A stretch of DNA of 53,526 bases from an uncultured Dehalococcoidales bacterium (GTDB lineage: Bacteria; Chloroflexota; Dehalococcoidia; GIF9; AB-539-J10). The notes beneath the pieces were generated by a model. It saw only the letters and a list, made by a program, of their open reading frames with translations. It searched no databases and was not told the origin of the DNA. Of this stretch, positions 46,067 to 53,526 are shown piece after piece (position 1 is the stretch's first letter; the number at the start of each line of letters is the position of its first letter). Position numbers and translations under genes: made by a program. The stretch lies in NCBI GenBank assembly GCA_964561465.1, contig CAZLPP010000004.1, forward strand, positions 1 to 53,526. Direction: 5' to 3'.

Positions 46067-46419
46067 GGACCGCGGAGGGTACGCCGGCGCCGGGCTCGCA
46101 GGGAGGTGGTCTATCCGCGCCGCGGGGGATATGTGTACAATTCCCCCGGTGCGCGCCAGCCCGTCAATCCGGCGTGTCTCCCCCTCGCCGTTGCGGGCGA
46201 CGCGAACGCGGTGGCAGCGACGCTGCGTCCACGCCTTCCTGCAGTCGCCGGCCGCATGTCCTGTGTTGTGACTACCCCGTCGCAGGACGGGTCTCAGCGG
46301 GCTGTGTGCCGGTCGGCCCGGTCCGACCGGAGCGAGTATCGCCATCGGGGCGCTGTGCGCTGCAGTCGCGGGTTCGGCGTGCTCGAGGCGGCGAGCCGCA
46401 CGGCGGCGAATTGGAGGGA

Positions 46420-47799
46420 ATGATGGATAGGGCACTGCTCGAGGCACTCACACGTATTGTCGGCGCGGACTGGGTCGTCACGGACTGGCAGGCGATGGAG
46501 AGCTACTTGCTCGATGTCACCGCGCTGCCGATACGGCCTGTGCCGTCCCGGGACGTGGTGCTCGTGAAACCAGCCAATCCGGAGGAGATCTCCAGCATCC
46601 TGAAGCTCGCCAACGAACGTCGCGTACCTGTCATTGCCAGAGGCGGCGGCACGGGCTGCGTCGGCGCGGCTGTGCCCACCATGGGCGGCATCGTCATGGC
46701 ACTCGAGCGTCTCGACCGCATCATTGAGGTGGACACGGAGAACCTCATGGTGGTGGCTGAGGCGGGGGCGACACTGGAGAAGCTGCTGAAGGCGGTCGAG
46801 GCGGCGAATCTGCTCTTCCCACCGCACCCCGGAGATGAAGGAGCGCAGGTTGGCGGCATCGTCGCCTGCAACGCTGGTGGAACCCGTGCTGTAAAGTATG
46901 GTGTTGTCCGACAGTACGTGAAGGGACTCGAGGTCGTGCTGCCTACCGGCGAGATCGTCACCTGGGGCGGCAAGCTGCTCAAGAATAACACCGGCCTCGA
47001 TCTGCTTCAGTTGATGATCGACTCGGAGGGAGTCCTCGGAGTCATAACCAAGGTGACCTTCAGACTGTATCCACGCTTCGCCGGGACGGCAACACTCGTG
47101 ATCTCCTTCGACGACCGCCATGCAGCTATCAAGGCGGTCCCGGTCATTCTGCAGACCGGCGTCATTCCGCTGGCTCTGGAATACGTCGATCGGGATGTCA
47201 TCCAGATCTCGGCGGACCATCTTGGCAAGGTGTGGCCTGCGAAGAAAGGCACCGCTCACCTCATCGCCATCATCACGGGCAGCAGCGACGAGGACGTCTA
47301 CGAGCAGGCCGGCAACGTCGTCAAGGCATGCGAGAAACTCGGCGTCGTCGACACGGTCATCGCCGAGACGAGAGAGGAGCAGGCCGACATCCTGAAGATG
47401 CGGAGCGAGCTGTATTCGGTGCTGAAGCCGCGGGTAGCCGACGTTCTCGACATGGCCATTCCACCGGCTCGCATCGCCGACTTCCTCGACGCGGTGGACG
47501 AGATAGGCAAGAAGTTCGGAACGCGGATCATCACGTACGGACATGCGGGCGACGGCAACCTTCACCCGCATCTTCCCCTCGAACTGCACGAGCGCGGCAT
47601 CCTCAAGAGTGTGAAGGACGAGCTCTACCGCGAAGCCACCCGGATGGGCGGCGTCATCACGGCGGAGCACGGCGTCGGCAAGGTCCGCCTCAAGGAGGTG
47701 GCGATGTGCGTCGACGAGAAGCAGATAGAGCTGATGAGGGGGCTCAAGAAGCTGTTCGACCCCAACGGTATCCTCAATCCCGGCACAGCCATTCCGTGA
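46420..47799 (+). CDS. FAD-linked 2-hydroxyacid dehydrogenase (GlcD/LctD family), paralogue 1
   Basis: RGGGTG, NAGGTRAVKYG, SEGVLG, HAGDGNLH, EHGVG, LNPG. Confidence 0.92.
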   Translation: MMDRALLEALTRIVGADWVVTDWQAMESYLLDVTALPIRPVPSRDVVLVKPANPEEISSILKLANERRVPVIARGGGTGCVGAAVPTMGGIVMALERLDRIIEVDTENLMVVAEAGATLEKLLKAVEAANLLFPPHPGDEGAQVGGIVACNAGGTRAVKYGVVRQYVKGLEVVLPTGEIVTWGGKLLKNNTGLDLLQLMIDSEGVLGVITKVTFRLYPRFAGTATLVISFDDRHAAIKAVPVILQTGVIPLALEYVDRDVIQISADHLGKVWPAKKGTAHLIAIITGSSDEDVYEQAGNVVKACEKLGVVDTVIAETREEQADILKMRSELYSVLKPRVADVLDMAIPPARIADFLDAVDEIGKKFGTRIITYGHAGDGNLHPHLPLELHERGILKSVKDELYREATRMGGVITAEHGVGKVRLKEVAMCVDEKQIELMRGLKKLFDPNGILNPGTAIP

Positions 47800-47840
47800 G
47801 TGACAGACACCCTCTTCAGTCTGGACATACAGGAGATGAT

Positions 47841-49010
47841 ATGAGTGGAGAGTTGAGAGGCTACGTGAGAGCGGCCGGACCCGCGGGGGCGAGGAACTAC
47901 GTGGCGATTGTTCCGACGGTGGGTTGTGTGAACGAGGTTGCACGGCGGATTGCGGCCGCGGTCGAACCCGCCCGGCCGATGCTGCACCACCAGGGGTGCT
48001 GTCAGCTCCCCACCGACGTGAAGATAGTGACCGATGTGCTGACCGGCATCTGCCTGAATCCCAACGTGGCAGCGGTCGTCCTCGTCAGTCTGGGGTGCGA
48101 GTCTGTCACGGCCGAGAACATCGTTGAGGCTGTCGACGGCAGCAAGCCCGTCGAGCTTGTGCGGGTTCAGGCCTCAGGGGGCATCACCGCCGCTGTGCAA
48201 CTGGGCACCGAGGCGGCCCGGCGCTTCGCATCTGACCTGCGGCCCGAGCGAACTGCTGTGTCGTTGAGTGATCTCGTGGTCGGCGTGAAGTGCGGTGCAT
48301 CCGATACTACTTCGGGACTGGCCTCGAACACGGCCGCAGGCTCTGCCGTCGATTCCCTCGTGCGTGCGGGCGCCACCGTCCTGTTCGGAGAGACGACCGA
48401 AGTGATTGGCGCCGAGCACATCCTCGTCAAGCGGGCGGCCACGGACAGAGTGGCTGCGCAACTGCTGGAGTGCGTCCGCGCCATGGAGGCCCGGGCGAAT
48501 GCGATGGGCGTTGACATGCGAGGCGGCCAGCCGACCGAAGGCAACATACGCGGCGGGCTCACGACTATCGAAGAGAAATCGCTCGGAGCCATCGTGAAGT
48601 CAGGAACGCTCCCCATCACCGGCGTGGTGCGGTACGGCGAGCGCCCCGGTGCTCCGGGGCTCTACTTCATGGACTCACCCGGCCGGGAGATGGAGTTTCT
48701 CACAGGCCTTGCGTCCGCCGGTTGCCAGGTGATGCTGTTCTCGACCGGCATCGGCGCGCCGCAGGGGTTCTCTCTCGCGCCGGTCATCAAAGTCTCCGGA
48801 AACGAGGGCACGTGCCGGCGCCTTGGAGAGTACATCGACCTCGATGTGAGCGGGATCGTGTCTGGAACCGAAGCCGTCGCCGAAGCGGGTGCGAGAGTCT
48901 ACGACAGCGTGTGCCGCGTCTTCTCGGGCGAGAGGGTCAAGGCAGAGATCCTCGGCTACGATGAGACCGGCGTCAACTCCAACATCTACACCGTCGGACC
49001 GACCATATGA
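47841..49010 (+). CDS. UxaA/GarD/SuyB-type dehydratase or sulfo-lyase, large subunit only (no SAF domain)
   Basis: GARNYV, HHQGC, SLGCE, KCGASDTTSG, ETTEVIGAE, GNIRGGLTTIEEKSLGA, MDSPG. Confidence 0.9.
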   Translation: MSGELRGYVRAAGPAGARNYVAIVPTVGCVNEVARRIAAAVEPARPMLHHQGCCQLPTDVKIVTDVLTGICLNPNVAAVVLVSLGCESVTAENIVEAVDGSKPVELVRVQASGGITAAVQLGTEAARRFASDLRPERTAVSLSDLVVGVKCGASDTTSGLASNTAAGSAVDSLVRAGATVLFGETTEVIGAEHILVKRAATDRVAAQLLECVRAMEARANAMGVDMRGGQPTEGNIRGGLTTIEEKSLGAIVKSGTLPITGVVRYGERPGAPGLYFMDSPGREMEFLTGLASAGCQVMLFSTGIGAPQGFSLAPVIKVSGNEGTCRRLGEYIDLDVSGIVSGTEAVAEAGARVYDSVCRVFSGERVKAEILGYDETGVNSNIYTVGPTI

Positions 49011-49038
49011 CTCACTTGCACCGGGAGAGGAGCAGACC

Positions 49039-50409
49039 ATGTTCGATGTGGAACGACTGAAGGCCATCGTCGGTGACGACTGGGTGGTCACCGACCGCGG
49101 GCAGATGGAGCGGTACCTCGTGGACGAGACCTATACCGGCCTCGTCATGAAGGCGGCTGAACACGTCGTCGTGGTGAAGCCGGCCAATGCCGAGGAAGTC
49201 TCTCGCATTATGAGGCTTGCCAACGAGGAGAGCTTCGTCGTCTATCCGCGCGGCGGAGGCACGGGCGTGTGCGCCGGCTCGATACCGACCCGCGACGGGG
49301 TCGTTCTGTCCCTCGAGCGCCTGGACAAGGTACTGGAGGTGGACAAGGAGAACCTCATGGTGGTTGCGGAGGCAGGTGTCACGCTCGGGCAGTTGCTTCA
49401 GGCGGTGGAGTCCGAGGACCTGCTCTTCCCGCCGCATCCCGGAGACGAGGGGGCTCAGCTCGGAGGGCTGGTGGCCTGCAATGCGGGCGGCACCAGGGCG
49501 GTGAAATACGGCGTCGTCCGCAACTACGTGAAGGGCCTTGAGGTCGTGCTGCCGACGGGCGAAATCGTCTCGATGGGCGGGAAGCTGCTGAAGAACAACA
49601 CCGGACTTGACCTGATGCACCTGCTGATAGATAGCGAGGGCATCCTGGGCATCATCACGAAGGTTACTCTCCGACTCTATCCGAAGTTCGCCGGTCCCGC
49701 GACCCTTGTCGTGTCGTTCGATGAGCGGCATGCCGCGATACGAAGTGTGCCGAGGATCCTTCAGAGCGGCGTCATTCCCATGGCCATCGAGTATGTCGAT
49801 CGCGACCTGATGGAAGACACTGCCCGGTACCTTGGGACGACGTGGCCCGTTACGAAGGGCAAATCACACCTCATCGTCATCGTCACGGGTACCGACGACG
49901 ACGATGTGTACGACCAGTGCCAGAAGGTCGCCGAGATCTGCGAGAAGAACGGAGCTGTGGACACGCTCATCGCGGAGAGCCGCGAGGAGCAGGCCCACAT
50001 CCTTCACATCCGGAGCGAAGAGAGCATGACCTATAAGGCTCAGCTCGCGGAGATCTTGGATGTGACGGTGCCTCCGGCTGCGGTCGGCGACATGATGGAC
50101 ACAGTGGACAAGCTGGCTGCCGAGTATCACACCCGCATTCCGATGGTGGCGCACGCGGGGGACGGCAACTTCCATCCCCATCTCATGCTCGAACTGAAGG
50201 AACGGGGACTGTCCAGAGAGGTGAAGAAGAAGATATATGCCCGGGCAGTCGAGCTGGGTGGCGTCATCAGTGGCGAGCATGGCATCGGCAAGACGCGGCT
50301 TGCCGAGCTCGACATGTGCATCGACCCGAAGTCGATGGAACTGATGAGAGGGCTGAAGCGGCTCTTCGACCCGAACGGCGTGCTCAGCCCGGATTCGGCC
50401 ATCAAGTAG
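49039..50409 (+). CDS. FAD-linked 2-hydroxyacid dehydrogenase, paralogue 2
   Basis: Same motifs; HAGDGNFH, EHGIG; ATG 49039 after GAGGAG. Confidence 0.92.
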   Translation: MFDVERLKAIVGDDWVVTDRGQMERYLVDETYTGLVMKAAEHVVVVKPANAEEVSRIMRLANEESFVVYPRGGGTGVCAGSIPTRDGVVLSLERLDKVLEVDKENLMVVAEAGVTLGQLLQAVESEDLLFPPHPGDEGAQLGGLVACNAGGTRAVKYGVVRNYVKGLEVVLPTGEIVSMGGKLLKNNTGLDLMHLLIDSEGILGIITKVTLRLYPKFAGPATLVVSFDERHAAIRSVPRILQSGVIPMAIEYVDRDLMEDTARYLGTTWPVTKGKSHLIVIVTGTDDDDVYDQCQKVAEICEKNGAVDTLIAESREEQAHILHIRSEESMTYKAQLAEILDVTVPPAAVGDMMDTVDKLAAEYHTRIPMVAHAGDGNFHPHLMLELKERGLSREVKKKIYARAVELGGVISGEHGIGKTRLAELDMCIDPKSMELMRGLKRLFDPNGVLSPDSAIK

Positions 50410-50473
50410 CCGGGCCGGTCCGCCGGCAGACGGCTGGTTTCGTGTAAAGTGACAAGGAGGACAGGAGAAGACA

Positions 50474-51844
50474 ATGATCGATGTTGCAGGCCTCAAGAGG
50501 ATAGTCGGTGAGGACTGGGTCATCACCGAGCGCGGACAGATGCAGACGTACCTGTACGACGAGACCACACCCGACCAGCGCCTGAAACCGGCGGAGCACG
50601 TGGTTGTCGTGAAGCCGGCGACCGCGCAGGAGATTTCCGAGATCATGAAGCTGGCCAACCGGGACAAGACGCCCGTGTATCCGCGCGGCGCCGGCACCGG
50701 CCTCGTATGCGGAGCCATGCCGACCCAGGACGGCATCGTCATTTCGATGGAGCGGTTCGACAAGATCGAGGAAGTCGATACCGAGAACCTCATGGTGGTC
50801 GCCCAGGCCGGAGTGACGCTTGCGCAGCTACTGAAGGCCGTGGAGGATGCGAACCTCCTCTTCCCTCCGCATCCGGGAGACGAGGGCGCCCAGGTGGGTG
50901 GCATGATTGCTGCGAACGCCGGCGGTTCGCGCGCAGTGAAGTACGGCGTGGTGCGCCAGTACGTGAAGGGGCTTGAGGTGGTCCTGCCGACCGGCGAGAT
51001 CACCACAATGGGCGGCAAGCTGCTCAAGAACAACACGGGGCTCGACCTGATGCATCTGATGATTGACAGCGAGGGCATCCTCGGCATCATCACGAAGGCG
51101 ACGATGCGGCTCTATCCGAGGTTCTCGGGGACCGCGACGCTGGTGGTCTCGTTCGAGGATCGCCAGAAGGCCATCAACACCGTGCCGAAGATACTCCAGA
51201 GCGGCGTCATCCCCATGGCTATCGAGTACGTCGATCACGAGGTCATCCTCTTCTCAGCCGAGAATCTCGGCATGAAGTGGCCGGCGGAGAAGGGCAAGGC
51301 GCACCTCCTGCTCATCCTGGCCGGAGTCAGCGAGGATGACGTCTACGCGCAGGCGGAGAAGATGTCCGAGGTCTGCCAGGCAAACGGCGCCATCGATGTG
51401 CTGATTGCCGAGCGGCAACAGGAGCAGGCGGACATCCTCAAGATGCGGAGTGAGATCTATTCAGCCATGAAGCCGAAGATTGCCGGCGACTCCGATATCA
51501 CCGTTCCGCCCGCGAGCCTCGGCAAGATGCTGGATGCGCTGGATGAAATCGCGAAGAAGTACAACACGAAGATTGCCACCATCGCCCACGCAGGCGACGG
51601 CAACTTCCATCCGTACATGCTCAAGGAGCTGGTGGAGCGCGGCGTGGCCGAAGACGTGAAGAAGGAGATCTACAAGGCAGCGGTGCAGCTTGGCGGCGTC
51701 ATCACGGGCGAGCACGGAGTCGGGAAGATACGCCTCAAGTACCTCGAGCTGTTGATGGACCCCAAGCAGGAAGAGATCATGAGGGGCATCAAGAAGGTGT
51801 TCGATCCCAACGGCATCCTCAATCCCGGGACCGCCATAAGGTAG
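50474..51844 (+). CDS. FAD-linked 2-hydroxyacid dehydrogenase, paralogue 3
   Basis: Same motifs; HAGDGNFH, EHGVG, LNPG. Confidence 0.92.
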   Translation: MIDVAGLKRIVGEDWVITERGQMQTYLYDETTPDQRLKPAEHVVVVKPATAQEISEIMKLANRDKTPVYPRGAGTGLVCGAMPTQDGIVISMERFDKIEEVDTENLMVVAQAGVTLAQLLKAVEDANLLFPPHPGDEGAQVGGMIAANAGGSRAVKYGVVRQYVKGLEVVLPTGEITTMGGKLLKNNTGLDLMHLMIDSEGILGIITKATMRLYPRFSGTATLVVSFEDRQKAINTVPKILQSGVIPMAIEYVDHEVILFSAENLGMKWPAEKGKAHLLLILAGVSEDDVYAQAEKMSEVCQANGAIDVLIAERQQEQADILKMRSEIYSAMKPKIAGDSDITVPPASLGKMLDALDEIAKKYNTKIATIAHAGDGNFHPYMLKELVERGVAEDVKKEIYKAAVQLGGVITGEHGVGKIRLKYLELLMDPKQEEIMRGIKKVFDPNGILNPGTAIR

Positions 51845-51850
51845 TGCGCC

Positions 51851-53113
51851 ATGTACGCCGAGTTTGAGCTGCCGTATGGCGCGTCGAGCCTGAAGGTGCG
51901 CGTTCCCGAGCGTAACCTCGCGTTTGTGCTTGAGTCGCGAGACTGTGCGGGACTACCCGACGAGCGCCGGGCGGTGTTGCAGGCGCTGCGCGACCCCATA
52001 GGCGCACGGCCACTCGTTGAAATGGTGCGACCGCACGATCGCGTGGTCGTCATTGCGACGGACAACACCCGGGCCTGCCCGGACGATCGGCTGCTGCCGC
52101 CCATCCTGGCCGAGCTCGAGTCGGTCGTGCCTCGCGAGAACATCACCATCGTGGTCGCGCTCGGTCTGCACCCGCCTCTGGACGTGGTCGGGCTGCGACG
52201 CCTGCTTGGGGACGACATCGTGGCTCAGTATCGCGTCCTCAACCACGACCCGGCACAGACGGTGAACATCGGCACCACGACCCGGGGGACGCCCGTGGAC
52301 ATCTTCAGAACTGTGGTCGAAGCCGATTTTCGAGTGTCGACCGGCTTCATCGAGCCGCACTTCTTCGCGGGCTTCTCGGGTGGCCGGAAGAGCATCGCGC
52401 CCGGCGTATTCGGCATCAACTCGGCGTACGTGAACCACGGCTATCGGATGATTGAGCACCCCGCTGCGCGGGCAGGAGTGCTGTCCGGCAATCCGATTCA
52501 CGAGGACATGGTCGAGATGGCGCGTATGGCGCACCTCGATTTCATCGTGAATGTGCTGCTCAACCGTAAGAAAGAGATCACTCAGGTCTTTGCCGGCGAC
52601 CTCGTTGCCGCCCACGAAGCTGGCTGCGCGGCGGCGCGCGAGAGTGCCGGCGCAGTCGTGCCGCATCGCGCGGACGTCGTCATCACGACCAACAGCGGCG
52701 CGCCGCTCGACCTCGATCTATACCAGACCGTGAAGGGGATGGATGTGGCCTCCTCGGTTGCTCGCGAGGGAGGCATCATCATCATAGCCTCGAGTTGCGC
52801 CAGCGGCGCGGGACCGCAGTCGTTTGTTGACGTGCACCGTTCGTGCAGTGGCCCGCTCGAGGTGCTGCAGCGGATTCGCCGCGAGGAACCGCTTGGTGTG
52901 CAGTGGCAGAACCAGATACTCTCGCGTATCCAGATGCGGAATCACGTGATGCTGCGGTCCGAACTCGATGATGCGCTCGTGAGGAGCATGCGATTGGAGC
53001 CGGTGCGAAGCGTTGACCTCGCGCTGGAGGAGGCGATGCGCCGGCTGGGCGCCTCAGCCGAGGTCGCCGTGATTCCGGACGGGCCGCTGGTTCTGCCGGT
53101 TCCTGTGGTCTAG
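51851..53113 (+). CDS. larA: LarA-family nickel-pincer 2-hydroxyacid racemase/epimerase
   Basis: LPYG, DNTR, ALGLH, NHD, EPHFFAGFSGGRKSIAPG, NPIHEDM, DLDLYQTVKG. Confidence 0.9.
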   Translation: MYAEFELPYGASSLKVRVPERNLAFVLESRDCAGLPDERRAVLQALRDPIGARPLVEMVRPHDRVVVIATDNTRACPDDRLLPPILAELESVVPRENITIVVALGLHPPLDVVGLRRLLGDDIVAQYRVLNHDPAQTVNIGTTTRGTPVDIFRTVVEADFRVSTGFIEPHFFAGFSGGRKSIAPGVFGINSAYVNHGYRMIEHPAARAGVLSGNPIHEDMVEMARMAHLDFIVNVLLNRKKEITQVFAGDLVAAHEAGCAAARESAGAVVPHRADVVITTNSGAPLDLDLYQTVKGMDVASSVAREGGIIIIASSCASGAGPQSFVDVHRSCSGPLEVLQRIRREEPLGVQWQNQILSRIQMRNHVMLRSELDDALVRSMRLEPVRSVDLALEEAMRRLGASAEVAVIPDGPLVLPVPVV

Positions 53114-53307
53114 GCCCGCATGCAACTCGCCCGCTTCTTCCCGGAAGCCGGGCCGCGTTGCGGGACGGGGCCGATCGGGGCGGCCTGTGTCGCCGGAGGC
53201 GGCAAGGTGCGCGTTCGTCCGGCACGTACACGCTGTCGTCGGGAGGTCATCGCCCGGAGGCGTTCAGCAGGATACGCGCACGTGGGGCGGGCGGCAGGAT
53301 GGTACTA

Positions 53308-53337
53308 TTGACATCTTCGTTTGGGCCTTCCTATACT
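53308..53337 (+). promoter_or_regulatory. near-consensus sigma70 promoter
   Basis: TTGACA-N18-TATACT upstream of the truncated lipoprotein gene. Confidence 0.75.
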
Positions 53338-53411
53338 TTCGTACCTAGCTTGAGGCTTGCGCGGTTTCTGGCCCTCTTACCTTTCCAGGCGACCAAATAG
53401 ACAGGAGGTGA

Positions 53412-53526
53412 ATGGTGAGCAAGAAGTTGATGTGGTCCCTTGTTGGGGCGTTGGCCGTCGTCAGCTTGCTGATTGCCGGCTGTGCTCCGGAACCGACTCC
53501 CACAACCCCGACCACCCCCACAACCC
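53412..53526 (+). CDS. 5' part of a lipoprotein, probably a solute-binding protein (truncated by window end)
   Basis: AGGAGG RBS; MVSKKLMWSLVGALAVVSLLIAGC-APEPTPTTPTTPTT with lipobox and Pro/Thr linker. Confidence 0.75.
   Translation, partial: MVSKKLMWSLVGALAVVSLLIAGCAPEPTPTTPTTPTT

Noticed and set aside
46011-46419. Purine riboswitch upstream of guaA-pur
   Set aside because: No purine-aptamer consensus recognised, and the candidate promoter leaves too short a leader; a covariance-model scan would be decisive
7668-51093. Many long alternative-frame or antisense ORFs (e.g. 7668-9083, 26545-28092, 36415-38055, 44331-45959, 46294-47943, 49864-51093)
   Set aside because: They overlap well-supported genes, are Arg/Pro/Ala-rich and show no recognisable motifs
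1-53526. CRISPR array, IS elements, or stop-codon recoding (Sec/Pyl/Cys) linked to the Sep system
   Set aside because: No regularly spaced repeats or transposase seen; recognised genes have no in-frame stops, and no tRNA-Cys, tRNA-Sec or suppressor tRNA was found
53489-53526. Short ACCCC-rich tandem repeat at the window end
   Set aside because: It encodes the Pro/Thr linker of a lipoprotein and is not an independent DNA repeat

Overview
GC-rich bacterial chromosome segment, mostly housekeeping. Gene content (Re-citrate-synthase-like enzyme, UPF0182, tandem HisG, RimI with an insertion) suggests an anaerobic Chloroflexota/Dehalococcoidia-like organism; this is inference, not a database result. 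Contents in order: split D-glutamate cyclase pair converging on pxpABC; class III aminotransferase; tRNA-Lys; UPF0182; dUTPase / P-loop kinase / dCMP deaminase trio; a large lipoprotein beside tRNA-Gly; argC and tRNA-Glu; pcm, xerD-like, uvrC; an orphan 5S rRNA gene; cinA-sepS-pscS; rimI, pyrD; NfeD-NfeD-SPFH; hisZ-hisG-hisD-hisC-hisB; pfkA-lacD; guaA-purDEBC; and a cluster of three FAD 2-hydroxyacid dehydrogenases with a UxaA/SuyB-type enzyme and a LarA-family racemase. Strongest signals: (1) the archaeal-type tRNA-dependent cysteine pathway (SepRS + SepCysS) embedded in a bacterial chromosome; (2) a lipoprotein with a ZU5-like HFS autocleavage motif followed by a Cys-His-Asp papain-like triad; (3) the triplicated dehydrogenase / dehydratase / racemase cluster; (4) a HisG built from two complementarily degenerate copies. 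No CRISPR array or intact mobile element was seen. All protein calls are by motif recognition, with no searches run.
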